From the IMG/VR virus record IMGVR_UViG_3300044826_000112: a stretch of DNA of 64,000 bases. One strand, written 5' to 3'. Positions within the stretch are counted from its first letter, which is position 1. Every line of letters begins with the position of its first letter. The notes beneath the pieces were generated by a model. That model was given only the letters and a program-made list of their open reading frames with translations. It made no database searches and was not told the origin of the DNA. The translations under genes were made by a program, and so were the position numbers. This DNA is from a virus. Positions 37,856 to 47,997 of the stretch are shown here, in pieces.

Positions 37856-39208
37856 TTAGATCTCATCTACGTCGATGACTGCACCGTCATCAGCGGTCTT
37901 GCTGGCCGCCTTCTGAGTACCCTGAGGAGTACCACGGATAGGACCAGGGTTAGCACGGCTCTTCATGCGAAGGATTGCTTCGGCATCTGCAGAGCTCACG
38001 TAGCTTCCACCAATGATTTGAGCTGAAGAATCTCCCGTGCCACCGCCAGTAATCAACAGACCGTTATCGATGAACGAGCCGATCTTATCTGCGATAGACT
38101 CTGGGAAGTTCACCAGATCACCTGCCCAGTCCTGGAAGTAGTCAACAGTGCTCTCTGCATACTCGATCGCGTTGGTCACCGAGCTGATTGCACCTAAGAC
38201 TTCATCCACAGCACCTTCTACGGCACCTAGATACGCATCGACTTCGTATGTGAAGTTTCGTACGTAGTCTACAACACCGTTGATCTCATCGGCAATCTGC
38301 TTGAGCGGGTCAGTGATAACCGACAGCCAGCTGGAGAAGATGTTCGCCAATTCTTCCGGAGTAATCCCCAGGAGATCTTTCAGGTCAGGCAGAGAGTCAA
38401 CCAAACGAGTGTATGTACCGCCAATCCCCAAGGTAGCAGTCTTATCCACACCAGACATCGTCACGGACGTACCGTTGATCCGAGCGGTTAGGTCTGCAGA
38501 CTTCTTACGTGCCTGCGATTGCGTGTAGGTTGGGATTTGATTACGGGCACTCTCGAGGAATGTCTCGTTCTGGTAATCCTTCAGCTGTCCATCTTCACCC
38601 ATGAAATAGGTGTCAGTGGAGCGGAAGATGACCTTCTTCGCGATGAACGACATGGAGAATCCCACGTCAGTATCACGAGCTGCGTTCTGGTTGATCTGCA
38701 AGGCACGAATAGAACCGAAGAAGGTCGCATTAGGCGTAGAGATCTGCACCAGAGCGAAGTTCTTGGCAGCCTTCGTACCGCGGATATGGTTGTTGTACAG
38801 GGTGACGAAGCGGACGAACTGGTCGTTGTCTAGATCGTCGATCACTAAGCCTGATAGTTGTAGATCAACCGGGTTGTGACCGTAGAAGTACACTGACTCT
38901 CGCCCACCGAAGGTGTGGAAGACCTGGTGCTTCTCGGTCATGCTGTAGCCGATATCCGATACGAGGAAGTTGATGTAGCCACTCTCGCTGAACATCTGAC
39001 GAAGAGCGTTAGCTTCGTGAGAAGGTGCTCCGGCGATGATCTTGCTGATATCGTCGTTAGTCAGATCCTTCGGCAGAGTCAGACGGATGGTACATACTTC
39101 ACCACGACGGGGATTGTTACGATCAACAGCATTGTAACGCGGACGGACGGTGAACAGACGTTCACCCTCCTGATTAATCCGGCGTGTATCGTATTTGCCT
39201 TCAGCCAT
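37856..39208 (-). CDS. Putative tail/baseplate structural protein
   Basis: Located downstream of the tape measure gene; EKHQVFHTFG..VYFYG. Confidence 0.55.
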   Translation of the reverse strand: MAEGKYDTRRINQEGERLFTVRPRYNAVDRNNPRRGEVCTIRLTLPKDLTNDDISKIIAGAPSHEANALRQMFSESGYINFLVSDIGYSMTEKHQVFHTFGGRESVYFYGHNPVDLQLSGLVIDDLDNDQFVRFVTLYNNHIRGTKAAKNFALVQISTPNATFFGSIRALQINQNAARDTDVGFSMSFIAKKVIFRSTDTYFMGEDGQLKDYQNETFLESARNQIPTYTQSQARKKSADLTARINGTSVTMSGVDKTATLGIGGTYTRLVDSLPDLKDLLGITPEELANIFSSWLSVITDPLKQIADEINGVVDYVRNFTYEVDAYLGAVEGAVDEVLGAISSVTNAIEYAESTVDYFQDWAGDLVNFPESIADKIGSFIDNGLLITGGGTGDSSAQIIGGSYVSSADAEAILRMKSRANPGPIRGTPQGTQKAASKTADDGAVIDVDEI

Positions 39209-39408
39209 TACTTCTTCCCTAGCGTAGTAATACGCATCACATTACCGCCCTCGAGAATCTCTCTTTGAGCGAAGATGCCCCCGAGTTGCAGGGGCATGAA
39301 GTTGGTGCCAGTGCCGGCGTTCTGTAAGCGGATCCCCTCAATAGAGGTCTGAACCCGCTGTTTGAACATCTCGGTCGGCGTCATGTTTTTCAGCTTGACG
39401 TTACTCAT
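39208..39408 (-). CDS. Small hypothetical protein
   Basis: Coupled to both neighbours. Confidence 0.55.
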   Translation of the reverse strand: MSNVKLKNMTPTEMFKQRVQTSIEGIRLQNAGTGTNFMPLQLGGIFAQREILEGGNVMRITTLGKK

Positions 39409-42400
39409 TTTTGGATTGTCCCTCCTAGGCCTGGGTTTTTACCCACTGAAGAAGATGCCGGTGCCACAGTACCCTTGGACAGAGTCTTATCCAACTTATC
39501 CAGTGTTGTACTGAGTTTAGACATCACTTCAGAGTCAAAATTGGAACCCTTAGAGCCGCCTTGTGGGCGGTTTTCGCGAAGCTCTTGGGTAAGATTCTCC
39601 ATCGCCTTAGCTGCACGACCGATACCTTCACCGGACGAGTTGATAGCCTTAGTGGCATCAGCAAAATCCTTGATGAAGTGCAGATCCATACCGCCTAAAG
39701 CTTTGACGTCATCGCTAATACGCTTATTGACCTCTCCCATCTGCTCTTGAGCATGGCCTTCAGCTCGAGATTTAGTTACCCAAGCCTCTAGGCCGCCATC
39801 ACCTGCGACTCCATGAGTGGTGGCGGATAATCTCTCGGCTGCGATTTGCATCTTCCCATCGCCAGTTTCTAGAGCTGCTTGTACTGCAATGTCCTTCAGC
39901 ACCTCCCCATCAGCTGTTTCGGTCAACTGGTCGAGGTTATATTTGAACTTCTTGCGGATAGAGCCAAGGCTCATACTGGTAATGCCTGCGGCTCCTCGCT
40001 TGAGGTTAGCGTCGAACTCTTCTGAGGAGATGCCAGACAAAGCTGCAACCTTACGGGCCTCTTCGACCTTAGTCTTCTCAGCATCCGACAGCTTATCTAG
40101 CGAAGTACCTGATTTGATCTTGTTGGCGATAGTACCCATATCAGTACTGCCGATACGGTCAAACATCAGGTTCACAATCTCATCGCTGGAGTGATCCTTA
40201 GACATCTTGTAGGCTTCGGTTAGGATATCCCGACCGTGGCTCTCCATAGCCCCTTGGACTACAGAGTCATCCCCAGACCAGTTGTTCCAAGCGGTCCAGT
40301 TGTCATCCACTAATTTGGCCTTCAGAGCCTTATCTGTAGCTGCCTTCATAGACTTCAGATCGATGTTCTTCTCGATAGACAGCTTGGAGTTGTCTCGCAG
40401 CAAGCGAACGTATCTAGCCGCTGCTTCCCGATCAGTTTCGTCATCGAAGCGAGAGTATAGAGCACCCTTAGCCTTCTTATTGGCAGTCATCAGGGTATCT
40501 ACACCCTTCTCCCAATCCTTCTCCTTGCCGGTCAGCAAGTCTTTGATGGTCTGGGCTTCTCCATATAGCTCGCTATCTTCGTCTACGTTAAGCATACGAC
40601 CAATGGCGCCTAAGGTCTCATCATGACGGCCATCTAGGACCAGTCTGCTGTTACCAGAAGGCGTGATCAGGTTGAAGCCGGTTTGTAGACGCATGCGGTC
40701 GATGGTCTTCTTACCGTCAGGCCCTTCCTTGAAGGTGTAGTTCCAAGCATCACCTTCTGCCTGCAAGCCTTGAGCTCTGGCTTGAATCAGATTCCACGCA
40801 TCCTGGAAGTTAGCCTTGAAGCCAGTGATACCGGCCATCATATTGTTGGCACCGCGGTCCATGCTGCGGCCTAGTTCGCGGGTATCGGCAATCAGAGTAC
40901 CTACTCCTGGCATGTTGGTAAACAGGCCAGTCATTCCGTTTTGGTTAAGCTGCTGCATCATGGTACGGGTAGCACCAGACTGAGCTGCCTCACGGGCACG
41001 TTCTTGATAAGTAGGATCTTGTACGGCCTTCCAGTTTTCCAAGGTCGCACGGATTTCTTCATCGCCAAGCCCCATGGACTTCATGATGATAGGTAGGGAA
41101 CGCTGAGGATCCTTGATGTTACCTTTCTCGTCCAGGAAGTAGTTGCCAAACTGGGACATCATCTGCTTAACAGATTTGACCTCAGCATCGATCTTACCAG
41201 TGCTAGCCAGCTGCTCAGATAGACGAGCCTTGCCGTTCACGATCATATCACCCATCATGGCAAACGGATCTTGGGCAAACTGATTACCGAACTTCGACAT
41301 AGTCTCAACTAGGTTAGCACCCATAGGCATGCCTGCATGAAGACCCATCATGTTAGCCTGGCTGCCAGTTAACTTCAGGAACGCCTGCATGGAGTTCTGA
41401 GTTGCACCCTCTACGCCTCCCAGCATTGCCAGGTTTTCAGTAGAGATGATGCCTGCCTTGTAAGCATTAGCAAAGCCTGCATGCGTACCGATGGCTGCCT
41501 TTTGGCCCAGAACAGGCAGAAGCCCTTGACTCTGGAACATCAGCTGACCTTGGTTACCCACGGTGTTCATCAGCTGCTCTACCGCTACGCCGGACATAGC
41601 GGAAGATACGCCGATGCTCTGCATAGTACGACGTGCAGCAGCCGGATCAGTGATGCCAGCGGCCTTCAGGCGACCCATGTACTCAATAGCTGTCTTCACG
41701 GAATCCGTATTGGCTACGGCCATGATCAACTTAACGGTGTCAGCCATGTTGGCCACACGCTTCTTCATATCGTCAACGTTCATGTTGCCGATATCATTCA
41801 AGAGGCCTTGCTGCATTGCGTAGTCAGCCATGATGCCCATATCTTCACGCTTGAACGCAAGATCATTGGTACCAGACTGAGTGAATGCTTCTGCCAACTT
41901 AGCTGCATGTACTGCAGAAATACCATATCCACCGCCTACAGCCCCTGCTCCGCCACCTACGAAGGTGTTAGCAGTGTTAGACAGCATGGCGTCTTCGTTA
42001 CGGCGAAGGGAGATATACGGGTCTGCTACGTATCTGTTGGCTACAGTTGCTGCTGCTTGAGCTGCTAACAGTGGAACTGCAATGCCACCTACGGCTGAAC
42101 CGATAGTTGCACCTACTGCTCCCATGCCGCCAGCAATCGCACCAGAACCAGCAAAGCCTAACCCTTTAGCACCCATGTTGATAAGGCCGCCAGCTCCACG
42201 GAAGACGTTCTTACCAAATCCTGCACCAATACGAGCACCTAGGCTTTGCTTAGCCTTAGTGGCCATTGCGGCACGAGCTGCGGCCATACCGGCAGTATGC
42301 CCCTTGGCCTGGAAGAAGCCTTGACGCATGTACTCGGTAGCCCCATAGAAGCCTTTAGCCAATGGGTTAGCTGAACGAACTTGGCGGTTGAAAACCTTGT

Positions 42401-42719
42401 TGGCAGCCCACCACGCAGCAAGTGGAGTACCCCACTTAGTAACACCATCTACCAAACCATCCCAGTGGGTGTCGTCAACCTGCTTACTCAAAGCATAGCT
42501 ATGAGTTAGCGGATCTGACGCGAAGGTAGTAGTGTCACGAAGAGGGAGAACCGACTCGGCGAAGGCCGCCGAGTACGGGTATTCCATTGCATACGGGTTA
42601 TATGGGTCTTGCTCGAAACTGTATGCTGGTCTGAAGTTGGACATGTATGCCGGCGTGGTGTACGCCGGGTTAATGCCGAAGCCATCATACGTTGTGATTG
42701 GAGTTTGGAATTGATCCAT
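39405..42719 (-). CDS. Putative tail tape measure protein
   Basis: 1104 aa, Ala/Gly/Met-rich and helical; directly follows a frameshifted chaperone pair. Confidence 0.75.
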   Translation of the reverse strand: MDQFQTPITTYDGFGINPAYTTPAYMSNFRPAYSFEQDPYNPYAMEYPYSAAFAESVLPLRDTTTFASDPLTHSYALSKQVDDTHWDGLVDGVTKWGTPLAAWWAANKVFNRQVRSANPLAKGFYGATEYMRQGFFQAKGHTAGMAAARAAMATKAKQSLGARIGAGFGKNVFRGAGGLINMGAKGLGFAGSGAIAGGMGAVGATIGSAVGGIAVPLLAAQAAATVANRYVADPYISLRRNEDAMLSNTANTFVGGGAGAVGGGYGISAVHAAKLAEAFTQSGTNDLAFKREDMGIMADYAMQQGLLNDIGNMNVDDMKKRVANMADTVKLIMAVANTDSVKTAIEYMGRLKAAGITDPAAARRTMQSIGVSSAMSGVAVEQLMNTVGNQGQLMFQSQGLLPVLGQKAAIGTHAGFANAYKAGIISTENLAMLGGVEGATQNSMQAFLKLTGSQANMMGLHAGMPMGANLVETMSKFGNQFAQDPFAMMGDMIVNGKARLSEQLASTGKIDAEVKSVKQMMSQFGNYFLDEKGNIKDPQRSLPIIMKSMGLGDEEIRATLENWKAVQDPTYQERAREAAQSGATRTMMQQLNQNGMTGLFTNMPGVGTLIADTRELGRSMDRGANNMMAGITGFKANFQDAWNLIQARAQGLQAEGDAWNYTFKEGPDGKKTIDRMRLQTGFNLITPSGNSRLVLDGRHDETLGAIGRMLNVDEDSELYGEAQTIKDLLTGKEKDWEKGVDTLMTANKKAKGALYSRFDDETDREAAARYVRLLRDNSKLSIEKNIDLKSMKAATDKALKAKLVDDNWTAWNNWSGDDSVVQGAMESHGRDILTEAYKMSKDHSSDEIVNLMFDRIGSTDMGTIANKIKSGTSLDKLSDAEKTKVEEARKVAALSGISSEEFDANLKRGAAGITSMSLGSIRKKFKYNLDQLTETADGEVLKDIAVQAALETGDGKMQIAAERLSATTHGVAGDGGLEAWVTKSRAEGHAQEQMGEVNKRISDDVKALGGMDLHFIKDFADATKAINSSGEGIGRAAKAMENLTQELRENRPQGGSKGSNFDSEVMSKLSTTLDKLDKTLSKGTVAPASSSVGKNPGLGGTIQK

Positions 42720-43080
42720 TACAGTAACCCTTCTAATCCGCTTACGGCCACACGTTCGTTGCCGTTTCCGTCTCTTTCCACATGAACTTCAGGAGAAAGA
42801 TTTCGTACCACCTGTTCGTAGTACTCCAACATCTCTTGATGTTTGTCCTGTTTCTTCTTACCGAGGTACCAGAGGTCTTCGGTATACTGCTGCAAGAGAC
42901 TACGCGAACTCTTAGGATCACCGAGGGAAGCTACCATCATAGCCGTGAGCTTCCGGGACTCTCTAAGCTTTCGCTCGGATAAGAAGGCCCGGAAGGTCGT
43001 ATCCCTAATAGAGCCCATGCGTCCCGGGTTGATTCCATCTAGATAGAGCTCAACCCGGAATTTGGCCCACGGCTCTTTTA
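42719..43080 (-). CDS. Tail assembly chaperone, -1 frameshift extension (GT-like)
   Basis: The -1 frame is open from the slippery site into ORF 42719-43018. Confidence 0.75.
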
Positions 43081-43638
43081 GAAATTTTCCTGGCCGTACT
43101 GGACAGCTGCCATGACCTTCGCATCGAACTTGCCGAGAGCGTCGGACAGGACTACTACAGTCTGGCTCGGCAGGTCAGATACGACCTTATAGCGATCCTT
43201 AACCTTCATGTCACGGTAGTCTTCACCGTTCCACTCAGCCAGGGAATACGCCAAGGTCAGCAGGCTTGATTGGTTCTGGTAAGCCAGCAGGGTCTCGAAC
43301 TTCATAGCGTCGAGACGGCTGCTGATAGTCAGATCCTCTGCGGCAGAGCGAGTTTGGAATACGGCATGGTACTTACGGCCGATCTGAACACGTTCTTCGT
43401 ACTTGCCTTCGAACAGCAGAGTATCGAAGATGTTCAGCATTTCCAGCTTCTCTTCTTCAGTAGGGCCTGCCGGCTCTTCAGTCTCCGCATCCTCTTTCAG
43501 GGCAAGCTCCGCCGGCTTGTCAGCCTCTTTCTCCTTCGGCTTCGAAGGCTCTTGTTCATCAAACAGAGCGGCGGTTTGGTCTTCCTCACCGAGTACGAAG
43601 TCGGGTTGGTCAATAAAAAGTTCTTGAGTCTCTTGCAT
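43078..43638 (-). CDS. Tail assembly chaperone (G-like)
   Basis: Acidic protein ending ...GQENF at A-AAU-UUC, upstream of the tape measure gene. Confidence 0.75.
   Translation of the reverse strand: MQETQELFIDQPDFVLGEEDQTAALFDEQEPSKPKEKEADKPAELALKEDAETEEPAGPTEEEKLEMLNIFDTLLFEGKYEERVQIGRKYHAVFQTRSAAEDLTISSRLDAMKFETLLAYQNQSSLLTLAYSLAEWNGEDYRDMKVKDRYKVVSDLPSQTVVVLSDALGKFDAKVMAAVQYGQENF
43081..43087 (-). promoter_or_regulatory. -1 ribosomal frameshift slippery heptamer A AAU UUC
   Basis: X XXY YYZ in the correct frame just before the stop; strong hairpin downstream at 43021-43060. Confidence 0.8.
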
Positions 43639-43667
43639 AATTGCCTCACGGTATCCATTAGTTTAGG

Positions 43668-45299
43668 TCACTCAGTGTAGGTGAAATCGCCTGTCAGGTA
43701 CTGGTATCCCACGTTCCCGAACACGACCGCATGCATCCAATCGTCCGGCTCATCCGGGTGGTGACGGTACACACGTTTACCTACCATCGTCTCCTCTTCG
43801 AAGACGCTCAGGGCATCTTTCCAGTAGCCTTCGGTCAGCTCCCAGGACGGGCACATGAAACGATCGGCACCAAGACGCCACTTCATCATTACGTTGTCGA
43901 TTGCTTGAGTACGGTCTGCAGCCAGGAATTGGCCGTTAGAGTCCCAACGCAGTCGCTTACCAGCCGACACGTACTGTACCATGATAACCTTATCATGACC
44001 CAGTTCTTTCTGCATCAGCTGACCTTGAAGAACACCGACCCCGCGGTCGGAAGCTACCATGCTGGCGTTCCAGCGACGTGCGATTTCACATACGCTGGCG
44101 ACTTGATCAAGAATGTGGATTCCCTGCATCTTCCGAGACTCCAGCAGGTAGCACTTGCCATTATAGTCGTATCCGAGCACAACTGCGACTGTATATGACT
44201 TCTCACTACCGGTAACCGACCAGTCCACACCAACGACAGTTGTCTGGATGGTTGGCAGGATAGCCTTGCTGACTTCATCAAGCGGCTCACCTTTAGCTAG
44301 TGCCAGGCCGGGCCATTGCTTCCAGGTATCTACGCAGCACTTCAGAGCTTCACTCATGGACAGGGACTTACCTGACAAGTCTGTAGCAAGCCCGAACACT
44401 TCGTTCGCCAGAGTAGCTGGGGTGTACAGACCGCCTTCCTGTGCGGAGATCACTTTGTCATACAGACGCGGCCAACGCTTAGGAACACAGTTAGCACCGA
44501 TAACAAGCTGCGGCAGGTGGAAACCTACGACCTTCTTGATGGTTGGTCTAGTAGATACCCAAGTACCCTTGTTCACGTCGATGAACTTACCGCACTTAAC
44601 GCAAGTAGGGCCATCTGGGTGAGAGCAGATCTTAACGCATGTGTCATAGTCGCCCGGGATGTTCCAATGGTTGCAGTGAGTGCACTTCATGGCCCATTCA
44701 AGTTGGTTACTACGAAGCCAAAGCTGCTCGAGAGTGTTCGAGACTGACTTACTGGTGCCGGCCATAACTTTGAAGCCATGGTCAGAGGCGTTAAGGATTT
44801 CGAAGATTGGTGGTAGGGCATCGAAGGAGATGTCCTGTACTTCGTCTACAGTCAGAAGGTCCGCCATGATACCACGAATACGGTCCGCATCAGATTCAGT
44901 CTGAGCGTAGGACAGGTAAATCGTGGAGCCGTTGGAGAAGCTCTTTTCGTAAACGTTACGGGAAGTACCGGTGGAGCGGAAGTACTTCTTCACCAAAGGG
45001 CTGTCCATGAAGCTATCCAGATAGGCGTTCGAGAAACGCTTGGCCTGAATCTGGAATGGTGCAATGTACAGCGAGTTGAAGTACGGCAACGCAATACTCT
45101 TAGACACCAAGCGGCCACCGAGAGATACGGACTTACCGATCTGACGGCCAGCCTTGAACACCATCAACTCCGGGTCGATGTCATAGATCGCCCGGAAGGG
45201 TTCGTACTGGTCGAATCGTAGCGGATATCCCTTCAGCTCCAGCAGGGATGCTGCTAGCTGTGAGGCCGTGGCGATACGAACGCTTTTCTGTTTAATCAT
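43668..45299 (-). CDS. terL: Terminase large subunit
   Basis: KAGRQIGKS Walker A, LTVDEVQD Walker B, GTSK, GVDW nuclease, PDDWMHA. Confidence 0.9.
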   Translation of the reverse strand: MIKQKSVRIATASQLAASLLELKGYPLRFDQYEPFRAIYDIDPELMVFKAGRQIGKSVSLGGRLVSKSIALPYFNSLYIAPFQIQAKRFSNAYLDSFMDSPLVKKYFRSTGTSRNVYEKSFSNGSTIYLSYAQTESDADRIRGIMADLLTVDEVQDISFDALPPIFEILNASDHGFKVMAGTSKSVSNTLEQLWLRSNQLEWAMKCTHCNHWNIPGDYDTCVKICSHPDGPTCVKCGKFIDVNKGTWVSTRPTIKKVVGFHLPQLVIGANCVPKRWPRLYDKVISAQEGGLYTPATLANEVFGLATDLSGKSLSMSEALKCCVDTWKQWPGLALAKGEPLDEVSKAILPTIQTTVVGVDWSVTGSEKSYTVAVVLGYDYNGKCYLLESRKMQGIHILDQVASVCEIARRWNASMVASDRGVGVLQGQLMQKELGHDKVIMVQYVSAGKRLRWDSNGQFLAADRTQAIDNVMMKWRLGADRFMCPSWELTEGYWKDALSVFEEETMVGKRVYRHHPDEPDDWMHAVVFGNVGYQYLTGDFTYTE

Positions 45300-45479
45300 T
45301 AGGGTTCTCCTTGATTACTGATTATAGTTTAAATCCAGAGATTTCGTTATAGTCATAGCTAAAAATAGATTGGATAAAGTTTCAACATTTTGAAAACCCC
45401 TGGTATAATAACTGTGTAGGCAAGTACGCTACGCTTACACATTTACCGAACCCAAATCATATCTTTTAGGAGAAATGCC

Positions 45480-45860
45480 ATGTCTATTACCTCTACCGTA
45501 GTTAAGATCCAAGGCCAAGCCGATGTAACCCTGCCGCTGGTTCTGACCGCTCAGGAAGTCATCGCCCAGATGACCAGCCAGGATCTGAACGGTATGAACA
45601 ACAGCACTTCCGAGTCCGGCTCCGTGCGTACCATCACCTTCACCAAGCGTACCGGTACCAAGGGCGCCGAGATCACCAGCACCGTGCTGAAGATCGAAGG
45701 CTACTCCGACGTGACCCTGCCGATGGCCCTGACCCTGGAGTCTGCTCGTGAGCAGTACCGCTCCGTGGATCTGTCCGGCTACAACGCCAACGTGACCGAA
45801 GACGGCTCTGTCCGTACTCTGTCCTTCACCAAGCGTACTGGTACCAAAGGTAACGATTAA
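45480..45860 (+). CDS. Tandem di-ubiquitin-like protein precursor (PRTRC protein C-like)
   Basis: Two 62-aa units, each ending FTKRTGTKG, plus an ND tail; heads an E2/JAB/E1 operon. Confidence 0.8.
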   Translation: MSITSTVVKIQGQADVTLPLVLTAQEVIAQMTSQDLNGMNNSTSESGSVRTITFTKRTGTKGAEITSTVLKIEGYSDVTLPMALTLESAREQYRSVDLSGYNANVTEDGSVRTLSFTKRTGTKGND

Positions 45861-45884
45861 GTTACCTCTGGCCGGTGCCAAAAA

Positions 45885-45913
45885 CGGGGAGCCTTCGGGC
45901 TCCCTATTTTTTT
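45885..45913 (+). terminator. Intra-operon terminator after the Ubl gene
   Basis: ggggagcc-ttcg-ggctccct followed by a T-run. Confidence 0.8.
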
Positions 45914-45934
45914 AGTCTCTGCAGAGAGGTTTCT

Positions 45935-47116
45935 ATGTACTTCTGCTATACGAAAGAGTTTGATATTAGCAGAGCAAGAGCTAACGGAGTTCCTCGGATC
46001 AGCAGCGTATCTCTGGCTACCTTCGGCAGCTGGCAGGTATCTCGCACCCCATCCCCAGAGCACTACGGATTCATCAACTCGCCATCACTTGAAGAAGGTC
46101 TTAAAGACTTCCTCAATTATGGCTTTGAGGAACTTCGTAAGGTTGAGTTCACAGACTTAGCCGACGGGGAAGTAGAGAACTTCCAACGGATGATTGCGAT
46201 TGACATCCAGAACATCTGTAAGGAGTTCTTACAACAGTCTGATGATAGCGGTTGTTTTTCAATAATCAACGTGATTCAGACGGCACTGAACGACCTGTAC
46301 GAAAAACTTGGAGTATCCAGCGGGCCATTCATCATCTCACACCCTCCGGTAACTACTGGAGCCCTGCGAGATTTGGTTCGTGGAATTATCTCCAACGCAT
46401 CTACTGGTATGCGTAAGTTCTTTCCTCCGCGTATTGCGTCGGAAACTACCATGCAGACCTGCCGTCCAATGATCAACACGCATCGCTTCGAGAGCTCAGA
46501 AGGATTTCAGCATTCCATCATCAAATCGCTGCGTCATGGCCCTACTTTGGAAGCCTTAGAATATGTCGGTGAAGATGATGTAATCTCGCTGAACGGGTTC
46601 GAAATCGATCTCGATGATACTCCGCTGACTCGCCGATATGTGCGGTTCATCCAGCATTTGGCACATAAATACTCCCCGTATCGCCTGCAGGTTCGCCTGC
46701 ATAGCCAATCCAGGAGTATTCGTATAATGCCACTCATCGAGCAGGATTACATTATCGAGGCAGCGTTCGAACGCTTCCGCGGTCACATCCCTTGTGAGTT
46801 GCCGGAAGATCTTCCTTTAGAAGACAAATTGGTCTTGAGCTTTATGGTCATCTCTCAGATGAACCTAGCTCCGCGGTGGCCAATAACTATCACAGACGCG
46901 GACTACCACGAGTACAACCGTGCTGCTATGGTAGAACGCCTGAGTCGTGTAGGCACTGAGGTTAATCTCACACCTATAGATATGACTCATATCTTCAACC
47001 ACATCATGCCCCATCTGGTGGAGGTAATATGGTCCATAGGCAAGCTGAAATGGACGCACTTGCAATCAACTTCGCTGAACTTCCCGGAATTGGCGACGTT
47101 TACGCAGAACGCATAG
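45935..47116 (+). CDS. Uncharacterised protein in the Ubl operon
   Basis: Start reassigned after the GAGG RBS (MYFCY); no motif recognised. Confidence 0.65.
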   Translation: MYFCYTKEFDISRARANGVPRISSVSLATFGSWQVSRTPSPEHYGFINSPSLEEGLKDFLNYGFEELRKVEFTDLADGEVENFQRMIAIDIQNICKEFLQQSDDSGCFSIINVIQTALNDLYEKLGVSSGPFIISHPPVTTGALRDLVRGIISNASTGMRKFFPPRIASETTMQTCRPMINTHRFESSEGFQHSIIKSLRHGPTLEALEYVGEDDVISLNGFEIDLDDTPLTRRYVRFIQHLAHKYSPYRLQVRLHSQSRSIRIMPLIEQDYIIEAAFERFRGHIPCELPEDLPLEDKLVLSFMVISQMNLAPRWPITITDADYHEYNRAAMVERLSRVGTEVNLTPIDMTHIFNHIMPHLVEVIWSIGKLKWTHLQSTSLNFPELATFTQNA

Positions 47117-47307
47117 GTCAGGCTATCGATGATATGGTCTCTCGCATTGGGGGTATCAACTTCGAGGATCGTGCGTATGTCCATGCGTTATCTATCAATC
47201 ACATCAGACAGCGTCGTAACGTGCAGATCAACCGGGTCATACCGGTAGAGCAGCGTTTGAACTTCCGGGCCTACCGTCCGGTAATGTCTGGCATCGTTTT
47301 CATCTGA
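47050..47307 (+). CDS. Small protein with a helix-hairpin-helix-like motif
   Basis: FAELPGIGDVYAERI; overlaps the end of the upstream ORF. Confidence 0.5.
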   Translation: MDALAINFAELPGIGDVYAERIGQAIDDMVSRIGGINFEDRAYVHALSINHIRQRRNVQINRVIPVEQRLNFRAYRPVMSGIVFI

Positions 47308-47314
47308 GGTATCT

Positions 47315-47992
47315 ATGATCGTAGAACTCAAACCCAACGGGGTCCTCGTGGACAATGGCCTCGGTGGCAAGAAGGTCATTTCATATGAATCCTTCATCGC
47401 CGAAATTGCCAAGATGGCAACTGAAGATACTGCCGCTATGGTGCGTACCTTAGGTCTGCCGGAGGGTGCATATGTGCTGGCTCAGAATGGTCGTGAAGCG
47501 ACTATCGGCATGTACTACCCCTCTCGTCGTGCCACTCTGGACTTCAGCGGTACCAAATTCAAGGACGTCCTGTTGCCCAACGTGGTAATCATGGTCGGCC
47601 TTACCAACTTCGGCGTAGACGGTGACTTTGCCATCCTGGATGGCATTCACTGGTTCTGTACCGATCTCCCTCTGGCGATCATGCCGCGGGTTACTTTCCG
47701 TAGCCTGAATGATCTGCCAGAAGGCCTTGCTGGTCACGTATGGTGCCTGCCGTTCCCCAATATGTATTCGGGGATGGGCTGCTCCATGTGTACTGGCAGC
47801 AACAGCTTCATTAGCCGCTTCCCAGATAACCAACTGGCAGGCATCTCCTCTTACTATAACGATCTGTTCATCGGTAGTCGCTTTAACAACGACTTGGGCC
47901 AGTGGATGATTGAGAATGGCAGAGGCTGGCCTGAATGGTTGCGTGAACTGGCGGCTGCTGAAGAATTTCCCTACAATAGACTGCGGAGTTAA
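47315..47992 (+). CDS. Prokaryotic E2 family D-like conjugating enzyme (PRTRC protein B-like)
   Basis: LPFPNMY..G..MCTGSN (candidate catalytic Cys), FIGSRFNNDL. Confidence 0.7.
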   Translation: MIVELKPNGVLVDNGLGGKKVISYESFIAEIAKMATEDTAAMVRTLGLPEGAYVLAQNGREATIGMYYPSRRATLDFSGTKFKDVLLPNVVIMVGLTNFGVDGDFAILDGIHWFCTDLPLAIMPRVTFRSLNDLPEGLAGHVWCLPFPNMYSGMGCSMCTGSNSFISRFPDNQLAGISSYYNDLFIGSRFNNDLGQWMIENGRGWPEWLRELAAAEEFPYNRLRS

Positions 47993-47997
47993 GTCTG

